DNA of 64,000 nucleotides, from positions 14,860 through 78,859 of the forward strand of contig CACDSN010000004.1 of NCBI GenBank assembly GCA_902555465.1, in the 5' to 3' direction. Below, in pieces: positions 41,515 through 52,600 of this stretch; positions within the stretch are counted from its first letter, which is position 1, and each line of letters begins with the position of its first letter. The notes under the pieces are model-generated. The model saw nothing but the letters and a program-made list of their open reading frames with translations. It searched no databases and was not told where the DNA came from. This DNA is from an uncultured Pelagibacteraceae bacterium. Its GTDB lineage: Bacteria > Pseudomonadota > Alphaproteobacteria > Pelagibacterales > Pelagibacteraceae. A program made the position numbers and the translations under genes.

Positions 41515-43375
41515 ATGTCTTTAAAAGAGAAAATTGGAAATAATTTTTTATTGGATGCCAATATATTAGTTTCGACTATATTGATATTTTCTATCAAGTG
41601 GTTTTTAATTCATATTTATAATCAGGATACTTTATTAAATAAAATTCTATTTGATTATTCAGATTTGTATTACTTCCCATTTATTTTAAATATACTTGAA
41701 CTTGATATAAGCCCACAATATTTAGACAATTACACTCCCAATAAAAACATTCCAATACCTATTTACTCTATTTTATTACATTCTATATTTTTTAAAATTT
41801 TTGGTCTAATCAGTTTTTTTATTTTAGAATTTTTTTTTCTTTTTATCTTTTTAATATTAATTTTTAATATATTAATTAAATGCAATCTAAATTATTATTT
41901 TGCTATATTTTCTACTTTAATTATATTTTTATTGCCATTTACTCTTAAAAATATAGATCTTTTTAACATTAATTTAAATATTATTAGTGGATTATTTTCT
42001 TTTAGGTTTCCTCGGCCGCTAGTAACAAGTTGTTTCTTTTTTTGGGGTATTTATTTAGCAATTTTATATTATAAAAACGATAGACTTAATTTTAAAAATT
42101 CTATTTATATTGGTATTTGTTTTTCTTTGATATTTGCATCATACTATTATAATTTTGTAAATCTTATACTTTTATTTGCCATTATTTTTGTATTTAAAAA
42201 TATAAATGATATTACTTACTTAAGAAAAAATTATAAGAACATACTAAATTCAATAATATTTTTTTTTAATTTTAAGTATTCCATTTTTATTAATTTATTT
42301 TTCATCTGAAAAAGATTTTTTTTTATTAATAGGAGGTATTGAATTAAATTTCGAATTTAAAAAGAAACTTTTAATTCATTTCATAAATAAAATATTTTCT
42401 ATAAAATTTATTGTCTCATTTGTATTATTAACAATAATAATGTTTACTCTTCTAAAGCATGACGATTTTAAAGAAAAAAAAATAATTAAATTATTTTATT
42501 TTATGTTTTTAGCATCAATTATTTCACCTTTTTTTTTCGTATTATTGAGTCCATCAATCAGTGAAATTTATCATTTTTTAAATTGGATTGTAATTACAAC
42601 TATCTTTGTTTCTATTATTTATCTACTTTTAGTTGTAGATTTTGTATTAAAAAAATTTGATATTTTTTCTATTAAATACATAAAATATTTATTTTTATTT
42701 ATAAGTTTTATCGTCATCTTATCCTTTAATTTTTTATATTTTGATAATTTAATTGGTAAAAATGATAAACAAATTAGAAAAGAATACCAAAACCTTCAAA
42801 TATTAGTTGATAATAATAACTTTGAATATCTGTTAACTTTTATTCCTAGAGTTCAAGTTTTATGGATGTTAAAAAATAAAACAAAATTTAATTCTATTGA
42901 ATCTTCTTACTCATCTCTAAATTTTAATCAGCTTGAACAAAATTTTGTTGAAAATTTAAAGTTTCTAAACATAAATAAAATTGATTTTGCTGATATAATT
43001 TCTAATAAAAAAGGTTCATGGAGATATAATAACGAATTTGTTAAATATTTTTCTTGGTACAAATATCAAGCTAACTCACTTATTACATTCAAAAATACAA
43101 ATGATTTTAAATACGATGAAGCAGAATTTATTAAGAAATCAAGTCCTACTAAAACACAACAAATCATTATTCCACAATTTGAAATAAATAGACTTTTAGA
43201 CTTATATGATAAGCTCTCTCTCAATCAAGATCTAAAAAAACCCGATTTGATAGTTTTAAAAAATGATTCTTTGGTTGAAAACTATTCTTTTATCGATCCA
43301 AATATTTACTGTAGGTTAAATAATTTTAAGTTACTTAAAATTTATTATCAAAAAAAATCTGATTTTTGTGAGTAA
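41515..43375 (+). pseudogene. Polytopic membrane protein (putative GT-C) interrupted by a +1 frameshift at a T9 tract
   Basis: ORFs 41515..42309 and 42440..43375 fuse into one 619-aa ORF if one T is removed from T9 at 42259-42267; the shifted frame is open from 42257 to 43375. Confidence 0.8.
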
Positions 43376-43445
43376 TAAAAAAAATTTACTTATTACCCTT
43401 GTTCAATTATAAATATTAGCATAAATACTCATGAAAATAACTCAT

Positions 43446-43531
43446 GCCCTCGTGGTGAAATTGGTAGACACAAAGGACTTAAAATCCTTGCCCTTTTGGG
43501 AGTGCCAGTTCGAGTCTGGCCGAGGGCACCA
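43446..43531 (+). tRNA. tRNA-Leu(TAA)
   Basis: GCCCTCG/CGAGGGC acceptor, anticodon arm AAGGA-CTTAAAA-TCCTT, long variable arm, GTTCGAG, CCA. Confidence 0.96.
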
Positions 43532-43536
43532 CTAAA

Positions 43537-44310
43537 ATGAAAAATTTAATTATTGTTTCAGACAAAAATAAAAAATCTGAAAAAATTAAGTCCAAAGTTT
43601 TAAAAAAAATTAAAAACTCTCAATTTAGGCAAAAGAAATTAATAATTGTTATTGGTGGTGATGGATTTATGCTGCAAACTTTAAAGAAATTTCACAAATA
43701 TAAAAAACCCTTTTATGGAATAAATTCAGGTGACTATGGTTTTTTAATGAATAAGTTTAATGAAAAAAATCTTCTAAAAAACATATCTAAAACTGACTCT
43801 ATTAAGATTTCGCCTTTACAAATGATTGTCAAAAATAAATTTAATAAAATTAAAAAATCAATAGCTATAAATGAAATATCAATTTTGCGTCAAAGCAGAC
43901 AGGCAGTGTCGGTTTCAATTAAAAGTGGCTCTAATTATTTAATTAAAAAATTAAGAGGTGATGGTTTGCTTGTTTGTACTCCAGCTGGAAGTACTGCTTA
44001 TAATTTATCTGTTCATGGACCAATTCTAAATTTAAACTCTAACAAACTTGCAATCTCTCCAGTTAGCCCTTTTAGACCGCGCAGATGGAAGGGAAAAATA
44101 GTTAGTAATAGATCCAAAATTTTGATTAAAAATTTAAACCCAAAGAAAAGACCTATAAGCGCAGTTGCAGATAACGTTGAAGTTCGTAATGCAGTTGAGA
44201 TCAAAGTAAGTGAAAAAAAAGAAGTTATTTTTAATTTATTGTATAACAAGAATAAATCTATAGAAAAAAAAATTAAAATTGAGCAATTAAGAAAAGAAGT
44301 GGGTCGATAA
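43537..44310 (+). CDS. nadK: NAD kinase
   Basis: GGDG, INE, TPAGSTAYNLS. Confidence 0.93.
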   Translation: MKNLIIVSDKNKKSEKIKSKVLKKIKNSQFRQKKLIIVIGGDGFMLQTLKKFHKYKKPFYGINSGDYGFLMNKFNEKNLLKNISKTDSIKISPLQMIVKNKFNKIKKSIAINEISILRQSRQAVSVSIKSGSNYLIKKLRGDGLLVCTPAGSTAYNLSVHGPILNLNSNKLAISPVSPFRPRRWKGKIVSNRSKILIKNLNPKKRPISAVADNVEVRNAVEIKVSEKKEVIFNLLYNKNKSIEKKIKIEQLRKEVGR

Positions 44311-44313
44311 TTA

Positions 44314-44389
44314 TGGTGCCCCCACACGGACTCGAACCGCGGACCTACTGATTACAAATCAGTTGCTCTACCAGCTGAGCTATAGGGGC
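44314..44389 (-). tRNA. tRNA-Thr(TGT)
   Basis: GCCCCTATAGCTCAGCTGGTAGAGCAACTGATTTGTAATCAG...GGGGGCACCA, 76 nt. Confidence 0.97.
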
Positions 44390-44427
44390 GTTTGGTGTTT
44401 TTTAGTATGAAATTAAATAAGATCAAG

Positions 44428-45165
44428 TTATTTTTTGTTAGAATTTATATGATGAAATACTACAGAAGCACTATTTGAGAGATTTAAACTTTCTATTTTA
44501 TTGTTAATCTTAATTTTTATAGTAAAGTCTAGATATTTTTCAGTATGTTTTTTCATTCCATATCCCTCTGATCCAAAAACTAAGACATTATTTCCTTCCC
44601 ATTTTATGTCTGACAATTCTTTGTCACCATCACCGTCAAAACCATATATCCAGAAATTTTTTTCTCTTAAAGTCTTTAATGTTGAATTTATATTTGAAAC
44701 AACAAATATATTTAAGTGTTCCATGCCTCCACTCGCAGCTTTGTGCATCAGTTTACTTGTTTCGGGAAAATCTCTTTCTCTAACTATCAATCCATTTATA
44801 TTGAATGCGCTTGCGCTTCTTATAATTGAGCCTATATTTCTTGGATCAGTTGCTCCAGCTAAACATGCTAGATTTATCTTTTCTTTATTTTTAATAAATT
44901 CTTTTAGCTCTTGATTTTGTAATCTTTCAACTTCTGCCACAAAACCTTGATGTAAAATGTTTTCATTTTTACAATAATTATCCAATTCTTTTTTTGTTTT
45001 ATAAAAAATTTTTAAATCTTTAAGAAGGTTATTATTAGGACTCACTCTATGAATAGTTTTTTTACTTTCTTCAGTTAAAAATATTTTCAGCACTTTTCTA
45101 TTGTTATTTTTAAGAGCCTCAATAACAGGATGTTTTCCGACTATAAAATATGAAGATTTATTCAT
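44428..45165 (-). CDS. rlmB: 23S rRNA Gm2251 methyltransferase (start moved to ATG 45165)
   Basis: GKHPV, HQG, DPRNIGSIIRS, FGSEG, ESLNLS; AAGGA SD before 45165. Confidence 0.9.
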   Translation of the reverse strand: MNKSSYFIVGKHPVIEALKNNNRKVLKIFLTEESKKTIHRVSPNNNLLKDLKIFYKTKKELDNYCKNENILHQGFVAEVERLQNQELKEFIKNKEKINLACLAGATDPRNIGSIIRSASAFNINGLIVRERDFPETSKLMHKAASGGMEHLNIFVVSNINSTLKTLREKNFWIYGFDGDGDKELSDIKWEGNNVLVFGSEGYGMKKHTEKYLDFTIKIKINNKIESLNLSNSASVVFHHINSNKK

Positions 45166-45217
45166 TTTTTTCCTTATTTTACACGTTTTTTGATAGATTT
45201 TATCATAAATTCTAATA

Positions 45218-45250
45218 TTGCAATTATAAGATAAAAATATATAAACCGCC
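45218..45250 (+). promoter_or_regulatory. Putative tRNA-Tyr/Gly-tuf promoter TTGCAA-N16-TATAAA-CCGCC
   Basis: -35 at 45218-45223, -10 at 45240-45245, GC-rich discriminator. Confidence 0.65.
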
Positions 45251-45298
45251 TGTTGTTTACGCTTTATTAAACATGTGGACACTCTTCCATCGTTTTTG

Positions 45299-45384
<86 letters not shown>

Positions 45385-45421
45385 TTTAATTAAGTTTAAA
45401 CAGGAGTGAACACTTGGGTTT

Positions 45422-45495
45422 GCGGGTGTAGTTCAGTGGTAGAACACTAGCCTTCCAAGCTGGTTGCGTGGGTTCGATTCCCATCACCCGCTCCA
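45422..45495 (+). tRNA. tRNA-Gly(TCC)
   Basis: GCGGGTG/CACCCGC acceptor, CTTCCAA loop, CCA. Confidence 0.97.
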
Positions 45496-45535
45496 AATGT
45501 AAAAAAATAAAATTATAGGTGAGGTAAAAAATATA

Positions 45536-46726
45536 ATGTCTAAAGAAAAGTTTAATAGATCGAAGCCACATTGCAATATTGGAACAATTGGCCACGTCGA
45601 CCACGGTAAAACAACTCTTACAGCTGCGATAACTAAAGTATTGTCAGAATCTGGTGGAGCGCAATTTACTGCGTATGATCAAATTGATAAAGCACCAGAA
45701 GAAAAAGAAAGAGGTATTACTATTTCTACTGCTCACGTTGAGTATGAGACTGAAAAAAGACATTATGCTCACGTAGACTGTCCAGGTCATGCTGACTATG
45801 TAAAAAATATGATTACAGGAGCAGCACAAATGGATGGAGCAATATTAGTTGTAAACGCTGCAGATGGCCCCATGCCTCAAACTAAAGAGCATATTCTTTT
45901 AGCAAGACAAGTAGGTGTTCCAGCAATTGTAGTTTTTTTAAATAAAGTTGATCAAGTTGATGATAAAGAAATGATTGATTTAGTCGAAGAGGAAATTAAA
46001 GAACTTTTAACGTCATATAAATTTCCTGGAGATAAGACTCCCATCATTAAAGGTTCAGCATTAGCTGCTGTAGAAGGTAGAGATGAAGCTGTGGGTAAGA
46101 ATGCGATCATGGAATTAATGAAAGCCGTTGATGACTTTATCCCACAACCTGATAGACCTAAGGACAAACCTTTCTTGATGCCTGTTGAAGATGTATTTTC
46201 TATATCTGGTAGAGGTACAGTTGTAACTGGAAGAGTAGAACAAGGTGTAGTTAAAACAGGTGAGGAAATAGAAATAGTAGGAATAAGAGAAACTAAAAAA
46301 TCAGTATGTACTGGTGTCGAAATGTTTAGAAAAATTTTGGACACTGGTGAAGCTGGTGACAATATTGGAGCACTACTAAGAGGTGTTGAAAGAGAAGATG
46401 TTGAAAGAGGCCAAGTGCTTTGTAAACCAGGATCAGTCACACCACATACTAAATTTGAAGCTCAAGCGTATGTACTAAAAAAAGAAGAGGGTGGAAGACA
46501 CACTCCATTCTTTACTAAGTACAGACCTCAGTTTTATTTTAGAACTACAGACGTAACTGGCGAAGTTGAATTACCTGCAGGGACAGAAATGGTAATGCCG
46601 GGTGATGACGCTAAATTTACTGTTAAACTAATAACTCCAATTGCAATGAGTGAAAAATTAAATTTTGCTATTAGAGAAGGTGGTAGAACAGTAGGAGCTG
46701 GAGTAGTAACTAAAATAATAGAGTAA
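45536..46726 (+). CDS. tuf: Elongation factor Tu
   Basis: [22 protein letters not shown]. Confidence 0.99.
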   Translation: MSKEKFNRSKPHCNIGTIGHVDHGKTTLTAAITKVLSESGGAQFTAYDQIDKAPEEKERGITISTAHVEYETEKRHYAHVDCPGHADYVKNMITGAAQMDGAILVVNAADGPMPQTKEHILLARQVGVPAIVVFLNKVDQVDDKEMIDLVEEEIKELLTSYKFPGDKTPIIKGSALAAVEGRDEAVGKNAIMELMKAVDDFIPQPDRPKDKPFLMPVEDVFSISGRGTVVTGRVEQGVVKTGEEIEIVGIRETKKSVCTGVEMFRKILDTGEAGDNIGALLRGVEREDVERGQVLCKPGSVTPHTKFEAQAYVLKKEEGGRHTPFFTKYRPQFYFRTTDVTGEVELPAGTEMVMPGDDAKFTVKLITPIAMSEKLNFAIREGGRTVGAGVVTKIIE

Positions 46727-46734
46727 AACTCCAT

Positions 46735-46810
46735 AGGAGTGTAGCTCAATTGGTAGAGCGCTGGTCTCCAAAACCAGAGGTTGGGGGTTCGATTCCCTCC
46801 GCTCCTGCCA
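46735..46810 (+). tRNA. tRNA-Trp(CCA)
   Basis: AGGAGTG/CGCTCCT acceptor, CTCCAAA loop, CCA; before secE. Confidence 0.97.
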
Positions 46811-46827
46811 ACTAGGTTATAAAAATT

Positions 46828-47019
46828 ATGAAAAATCCTCTAAAATTTTTTCAAGAAGTAAAAAACGAGGCTTTTAAAGTTTCTTGGCCTACATCAAAAG
46901 AAACAGTCCAAGGTTCTTTAATGGTTGCTGCAATGGCAATTATTGCATCATTATTTTTTCTTTTATTGGATCAAATATTAAAATTTTTGTTAGAAATTAT
47001 TCTTAAAGTGAGCTTTTAA
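46828..47019 (+). CDS. secE: Preprotein translocase SecE
   Basis: EAFKVSWPT plus one TM; between tRNA-Trp and nusG. Confidence 0.95.
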   Translation: MKNPLKFFQEVKNEAFKVSWPTSKETVQGSLMVAAMAIIASLFFLLLDQILKFLLEIILKVSF

Positions 47020-47549
47020 TGTCAAATTGGTTTATAGTTCAATCACACTCTAGTTTTGAGAATAAAGTTGCCCAACAAATTAAAGAAGAGGCAGATAAAT
47101 CAAAGATATCAGATAAAATAGAAGAAATTATAGTTCCTACTCACGATGTTACCGAGGTAAGAAGAGGAAAAAGAGTACAAAGAAAAAAAAAGTATTTTCC
47201 TGGTTATGTTTTGATTAAATGCGAAATGACTGACGATATTTATCATATGATTAAAGGATTAAAAAAAGTTAGCGGATTTTTGGGTTCAAAGGGTTCTCCG
47301 GTACCTGTTTCAGATAAAGAAATTGAGAAAATACTGGGTGAAATAAAAGATGGTGTAGTTCAACCAAAATCTGGTATAGATTACGCGATTGGTGAAAAAG
47401 TTCAGGTAATAGACGGACCATTCGCATCATTTAGTGGTTTAGTCGAGGAGATAGATGAAGACAAATCTAAACTGAAAGTTTCAGTTTCTATTTTTGGTAG
47501 ACCTACTCCAGTAGAATTGGAATTTAACCAAGTAGAAAAGGCAAGTTAA
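47019..47549 (+). CDS. nusG: Transcription factor NusG
   Basis: [24 protein letters not shown]. Confidence 0.98.
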   Translation: MSNWFIVQSHSSFENKVAQQIKEEADKSKISDKIEEIIVPTHDVTEVRRGKRVQRKKKYFPGYVLIKCEMTDDIYHMIKGLKKVSGFLGSKGSPVPVSDKEIEKILGEIKDGVVQPKSGIDYAIGEKVQVIDGPFASFSGLVEEIDEDKSKLKVSVSIFGRPTPVELEFNQVEKAS

Positions 47550-47977
47550 TGGCAAAAAAAGAAATTTCAGGTTATGTAAAATTACAAATTAAGGGTGGTC
47601 AAGCTAATCCTGCACCTCCCGTAGGACCTGCGCTTGGTCAAAGAGGAATTAACATAATGGATTTTTGTAAAGCATTTAATGAAAAAACAAAGAATCTAAT
47701 GGGTAAGCCGGTTCCAGTAATTATAACAGTTTATAAAGATAAAAAATTTGATTTTATAATTAAAACTCCACCAGCAACATATTATATAAAAGAAAAATTA
47801 AAACTTAAAAGTGGATCATCAGAACCTGGTAGAAATATAGTTAAATCAATTACAAAAAAACAATTAGAAGAGATAGCTAAAGAAAAAATGGTTGATTTGA
47901 ATGCACATGATGTAGAACAAGCAGCTAAAATAATTGCTGGTTCAGCTAGATCTATGGGTATAGAGGTAAAAGAATAA
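47549..47977 (+). CDS. rplK: 50S ribosomal protein L11
   Basis: [20 protein letters not shown]. Confidence 0.98.
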   Translation: MAKKEISGYVKLQIKGGQANPAPPVGPALGQRGINIMDFCKAFNEKTKNLMGKPVPVIITVYKDKKFDFIIKTPPATYYIKEKLKLKSGSSEPGRNIVKSITKKQLEEIAKEKMVDLNAHDVEQAAKIIAGSARSMGIEVKE

Positions 47978-48666
47978 TGGTCTCAAAACGATTTAATAAA
48001 TTATTAAAATTAGAAAAAAATTTATCAGCAAGATCTGTTAAAGAACTACTTTCTGAGGTAAAAAAAAATTGCACAACAAAATTTGATGAATCAATAGATT
48101 TAAGCCTACAAATAAATAACAAGCAGAAAAAAGGTGAAATAAATTTACGAACTATTGTAAATATGCCGTCAGGTACTGGAAAAAAAATTAAGGTTGCTGT
48201 CTTATGTGATGAGTCACAAAAAGCATCTGCTCAAAAAGCTGGTGCTGACTTAGTAGGTTCAGACGATTTAATTGATAAAATCAAAGCAGGTGAGCTTAAT
48301 TTTGAAAAATTAATTTGTACACCAAAAATGATGATTAGTTTATCAAAGCTTGGAAAAATTTTAGGACCAAAAGGTTTAATGCCAAATCCAAAACTTGGTA
48401 CAGTTACTGATGACATCGAACAGGCCGTAAGAAATGCTAAAGCTGGACAGGTTGAAATTAAAAATGATAAAGATGGTAATATTGGAGTAAGTTTAGGAAA
48501 AAAATCATTTAGTGATGATAAAATTCTTTCAAACTTTAATGCAATTATTGAAACATTAATAAAAGAAAAAGCAAACAACTCTTTTAAAGGAGAGATGATA
48601 AAAAATATTTATTTAACCTCTACAATGGGAATTTCTTATAAACTTAAACTAGAAAAACATTTTTAA
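47977..48666 (+). CDS. rplA: 50S ribosomal protein L1
   Basis: KFDESID, LGPKGLMPNPK, STMG. Confidence 0.98.
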   Translation: MVSKRFNKLLKLEKNLSARSVKELLSEVKKNCTTKFDESIDLSLQINNKQKKGEINLRTIVNMPSGTGKKIKVAVLCDESQKASAQKAGADLVGSDDLIDKIKAGELNFEKLICTPKMMISLSKLGKILGPKGLMPNPKLGTVTDDIEQAVRNAKAGQVEIKNDKDGNIGVSLGKKSFSDDKILSNFNAIIETLIKEKANNSFKGEMIKNIYLTSTMGISYKLKLEKHF

Positions 48667-48667
48667 T

Positions 48668-49174
48668 ATGAATAAAGAACAAAAAAAAACTTATATAGAC
48701 AAAATGACAACTGATATTGATAAGTCCAATGCAGTAATTGTAACGCATTATCAAGGTTTAAATATGCCTCAACTTGACGAGTTAAGAAAACAAATGAGAG
48801 AACATGGTATTTTATTTAAAATAACAAAAAATAGAATAACAAAGATAGCATTAGAAAAGACAAGAGCAAAAGAATTAAGTAAGCTTTTTGCTGGACCAAC
48901 AGCAGTAGCCTTATCAGATGATGCAATAACATCAGCAAAAATTCTAACAAAATTTTCTAAAGAAAATTCTAACCTAAAAATTTTAGGTGGAATAATGGGA
49001 GATGAGATTCTTGATGTTGCTGCTGTACAAAATGTAGCAACTTTACCTACATTAGATGAGGCAAGAGCGAAAATCGTTGGTATTTTAAGGTCTCCAGCTC
49101 AAAAATTAGCTACGATTTTACTTGCGCCGGCGACAAAAATCGCTATTTTGGCGAGCGAAAAATCAAAAAAATAA
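48668..49174 (+). CDS. rplJ: 50S ribosomal protein L10
   Basis: HYQGL, LRKQMR, KNRI, GPTA, LPT. Confidence 0.97.
   Translation: MNKEQKKTYIDKMTTDIDKSNAVIVTHYQGLNMPQLDELRKQMREHGILFKITKNRITKIALEKTRAKELSKLFAGPTAVALSDDAITSAKILTKFSKENSNLKILGGIMGDEILDVAAVQNVATLPTLDEARAKIVGILRSPAQKLATILLAPATKIAILASEKSKK
49122..49156 (+). promoter_or_regulatory. Candidate rplJ-internal promoter or RNA structure upstream of rplL
   Basis: TTGCGC-N16-TATTTT-GGCG; cluster of GCG/CCG codons; GGCGA/TCGCT hairpin. Confidence 0.45.
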
Positions 49175-49193
49175 CCAGGGACACTAAAATATT

Positions 49194-49562
49194 ATGGCCG
49201 ATCTAAACAAAATCATTGATGAATTATCAAGTTTAACAGTTGTTGAAGCTGCTGAACTATCAAAACAATTAGAAGAAAAGTGGGGAGTGACAGCTACAGC
49301 AGCTGTTGCAGCACCTGCAGCAGCAGGTGGTGCTGCACCAGCAGAGGAGAAAGACGAATTTACTGTTGTCTTAGCTTCGGCAGGAGACAAAAAAATTAAT
49401 GTAATTAAAGAAATTAGAGCAGTTACATCATTAGGTTTAAAAGAAGCTAAAGATTTAGTTGAAGGTGCACCTAAAGATGTAAAGGCAGGTGTAAACAAAA
49501 AAGAAGCAGAAGAAATTAAGCAAAAATTAGAAGCTGCTGGCGCAAAAGTAGAACTCAAGTAA
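49194..49562 (+). CDS. rplL: 50S ribosomal protein L7/L12
   Basis: Ala-rich hinge, [20 protein letters not shown]. Confidence 0.98.
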   Translation: MADLNKIIDELSSLTVVEAAELSKQLEEKWGVTATAAVAAPAAAGGAAPAEEKDEFTVVLASAGDKKINVIKEIRAVTSLGLKEAKDLVEGAPKDVKAGVNKKEAEEIKQKLEAAGAKVELK

Positions 49563-49605
49563 TTAACTTAAATAATTTTATTAAGTTAATAAGCTAAAAT
49601 TTTTA

Positions 49606-52600
49606 ATGGATTTATCTTTTACAGGTAAAAAAAATATTAGGAAAAATTTTGGCAAGCTTAAAGAAAGCTTGTCAATTCCTAACCTTATTGAAGTTCAAAA
49701 AAATTCTTACAAACAATTAACCGAATTCAATTCAGAAATTGAAGCTCATTTGGTTAAAGGCTTTGATAGAGTGTTTAAGAGCATTTTTCCAATCGAAGAT
49801 ATAAATGATAAAGCAACACTTGAATACGTTTCATACAAATTTGATAAACCAAAATTTGATGTTGATGAATGCATCTCTAGGGGTTTAACTTATTCTGCAG
49901 CATTAAAATGTACTCTTAGATTGGTAGTTTACGAAATTGATGCATTAAATAATACAAAAGAGATATTATCTGCCAAAGAACAAGAAGTGTATATGGGCGA
50001 AATACCGATGATGACGAATAGCGGGACATTTATCATTAACGGTGTTCAGCGTGTAGTAGTAAATCAAATGCACAGAAGTCCAGGTGTTTTTTTTGATCAC
50101 GACAAAGGTAAATCACACGCAAGCGGAAAGCTTTTATTTAATTGCCGAGTTATACCAAATAGAGGTTCTTGGTTAGATTTTGAGTTTGATGTTAAAGATC
50201 TTCTATATTTTAGAATAGATAGAAAGAAAAAAATTTTAGTAAGCACACTTTTACTTGCTTTAGGATACTCAAAAAACGATATCGTAAATGAATTTTATGA
50301 AAAAGAAAATTATATTTATGAAGAAAAAAGTAAAAAATGGAAAACTAAATTTGATCCTGAAAACTATAAATCAAAAAATTTTTCTGAGGAAGTAATTGAT
50401 GCAAGAAACAATAAGATAGTAATCAAGGCAGGTGAAAAAATTAATTTTTTAAATGCAAAAAAACTTCAAAATGATGGTTTGAAAGATATATATGTATCTA
50501 AAGAGTTCTTAATTGGAAAATTTTTACATAAACAAATCCAAATTGATGGAATTGAAGATAAATTTGCTATTGGAACTGAATTAAATGAGACTATCCTAGA
50601 TAAATTTATTGAAAATAAAATCTTTACAATTGAAGTTTCAAAAACCAATCCAATTAATAAAGGACCATATCTTTTAATATCATTATTAAATGACAAGAAT
50701 GAAAATAAAAATGATGCAATAAACGACATATATAAAGTCTTAAGACCAGGTGAACCTCCAACTATTGAAATTGCATCTCAAATTTTTAATAATTTATTTT
50801 TTAGTTCGGAGAGATATGATTTATCTGATGTTGGAAGAGTTAAACTTAACTCAAGACTTAGTATAAATTGTTCTGATAAAATAACTATACTTAGAAACGA
50901 AGATATCATCGCTATTATAAAAAAAATGCTTGAGTTGAGAGACGGAAAAGATGATGTCGATGATATTGATCATTTAGGAAACAGAAGAATAAGATCTGTT
51001 GGTGAACTTGTGGAAAATCAAGCCAGAATGGGTGTTTACAGAATGGAAAGAGCTATAAAGGAAAAGATGACTACACTTGATGTTGAGTCAGCAATGCCTC
51101 AAGATTTAATTAATGCTAAACCACTAACTGTTTCTTTAAAAGATTTTTTTGCAACTTCTCAGTTATCACAATTCATGGATCAAACAAATCCTTTATCAGA
51201 AATAACTCACAAAAGAAGAGTTTCAGCCTTAGGTCCAGGTGGTTTAACTAGAGAAAGAGCTGGATTTGAAGTTAGAGATGTACACCCAACTCACTACGGA
51301 AGAATTTGTCCAATAGAAACTCCAGAAGGACCAAATATTGGTTTGATAAATAGTTTATCTACTTATTCAAAAATTAACAAATACGGATTTATTGAAAGTC
51401 CATATAAAAAAGTTGAAAATGGTAAAGTAGTTGAAAATATAGAATATTTATCAGCAATGGAGGAAACTAAATTTACAATTGCTCAAGCAAATTCTAAGCT
51501 CGATAAAAATGGTAAATTCACTGAAGATCTAGTTTCTTGTAGGCAAAATTTAAATTTCATTTTAGCTAAACCTGAAAATGTTGATTATATTGACGTCTCA
51601 CCCAAACAACTTGTTTCAGTTGCCGCATCTTTAATTCCTTTTTTAGAAAATGATGATGCAAACAGGGCATTAATGGGATCTAACATGATGAGACAAGCAG
51701 TTCCATTAATGAAACCCGAGGCTCCACTTGTTGGAACAGGTATTGAAAGTGACGTAGCTTTAGATTCAGGAGTAACTATTGTTGCAAGAAGAGATGGTAT
51801 AGTAGATAAAATCGATGGAAAACGAATTGTAATAAAGGCATCGGAAGAAAAAGATTTTTCTAAATCAGGAGTAGATATTTATAATCTTCAGAAATTTAAA
51901 AGATCCAATCAGAATACTTGTATAAATCAAAAACCATTAGTACGTGTTGGAGATAAAGTGAAATCAGGTGATATTATTGCTGATGGACCTTCTACTAAAA
52001 TTGGTGAATTAGCTTTAGGAAAAAATGTGACAGTCGCATTCATGCCTTGGCAAGGATACAATTTTGAGGACTCAATATTAATATCAGAAAGATGTGTAAC
52101 TGATGATGTGTTTACATCTATACATATTGAAGAATACGAGGTAATGGCAAGAGACACTAAATTAGGAGAAGAGGATATAACTAGAGATATTCCAAATGTT
52201 AATGAAGAATCCTTAAAAAATTTGGATGAGTCAGGAGTTGTTTATATTGGCGCAGAGGTAAAACCAGGAGATATCTTGGTAGGAAAAGTTACACCAAAAG
52301 GAGACTCTGCTTCAGGGCCTGAAGAAAAACTTCTAAGATCAATATTTGGCGAAAAAGCGATCGATGTAATAGATACATCTTTAAGAATGCCAAGTGGTAG
52401 TGGAGGTACAGTAGTTGATGTACGTGTCTTTAACAGACATGGGATAGAAAAAGATGAAAGATCTGTAATAATTGAAAGATCAGAAATTGAAAGTGTTCAA
52501 CAAGATAAATTAGTGGAGGAAGAAATACTTGAGAGAAGTATTAAACAACGTGCGATATCTATATTGTCAGGATTAAAAAACCAAAAGAAAATAAAAACAA

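Noticed and set aside
43427..43446. ACTCATG direct repeat just before tRNA-Leu
   Set aside because: Only 7 bp in AT-rich DNA with no partner seen at the other island boundary
36387..43531. Prophage or integrative element at tRNA-Leu
   Set aside because: No integrase, no phage genes and no duplicated tRNA end (att) seen; the cassette lies 5' of the tRNA, more consistent with a recombination-exchanged island
45166..45282. 39-codon N-terminal extension of RlmB in the ORF track
   Set aside because: Overlaps the tRNA-Tyr promoter region; an SD precedes ATG 45165 and RlmB similarity begins there
45952..46440. 162-aa antisense ORF within tuf (likewise 49184..49558 in rplL, 54209..54703 and 57392..57826 in rpoC, 44501..44914 in rlmB)
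   Set aside because: Shadow ORFs in register with conserved sense genes, caused by codon bias; no motifs or translation signals
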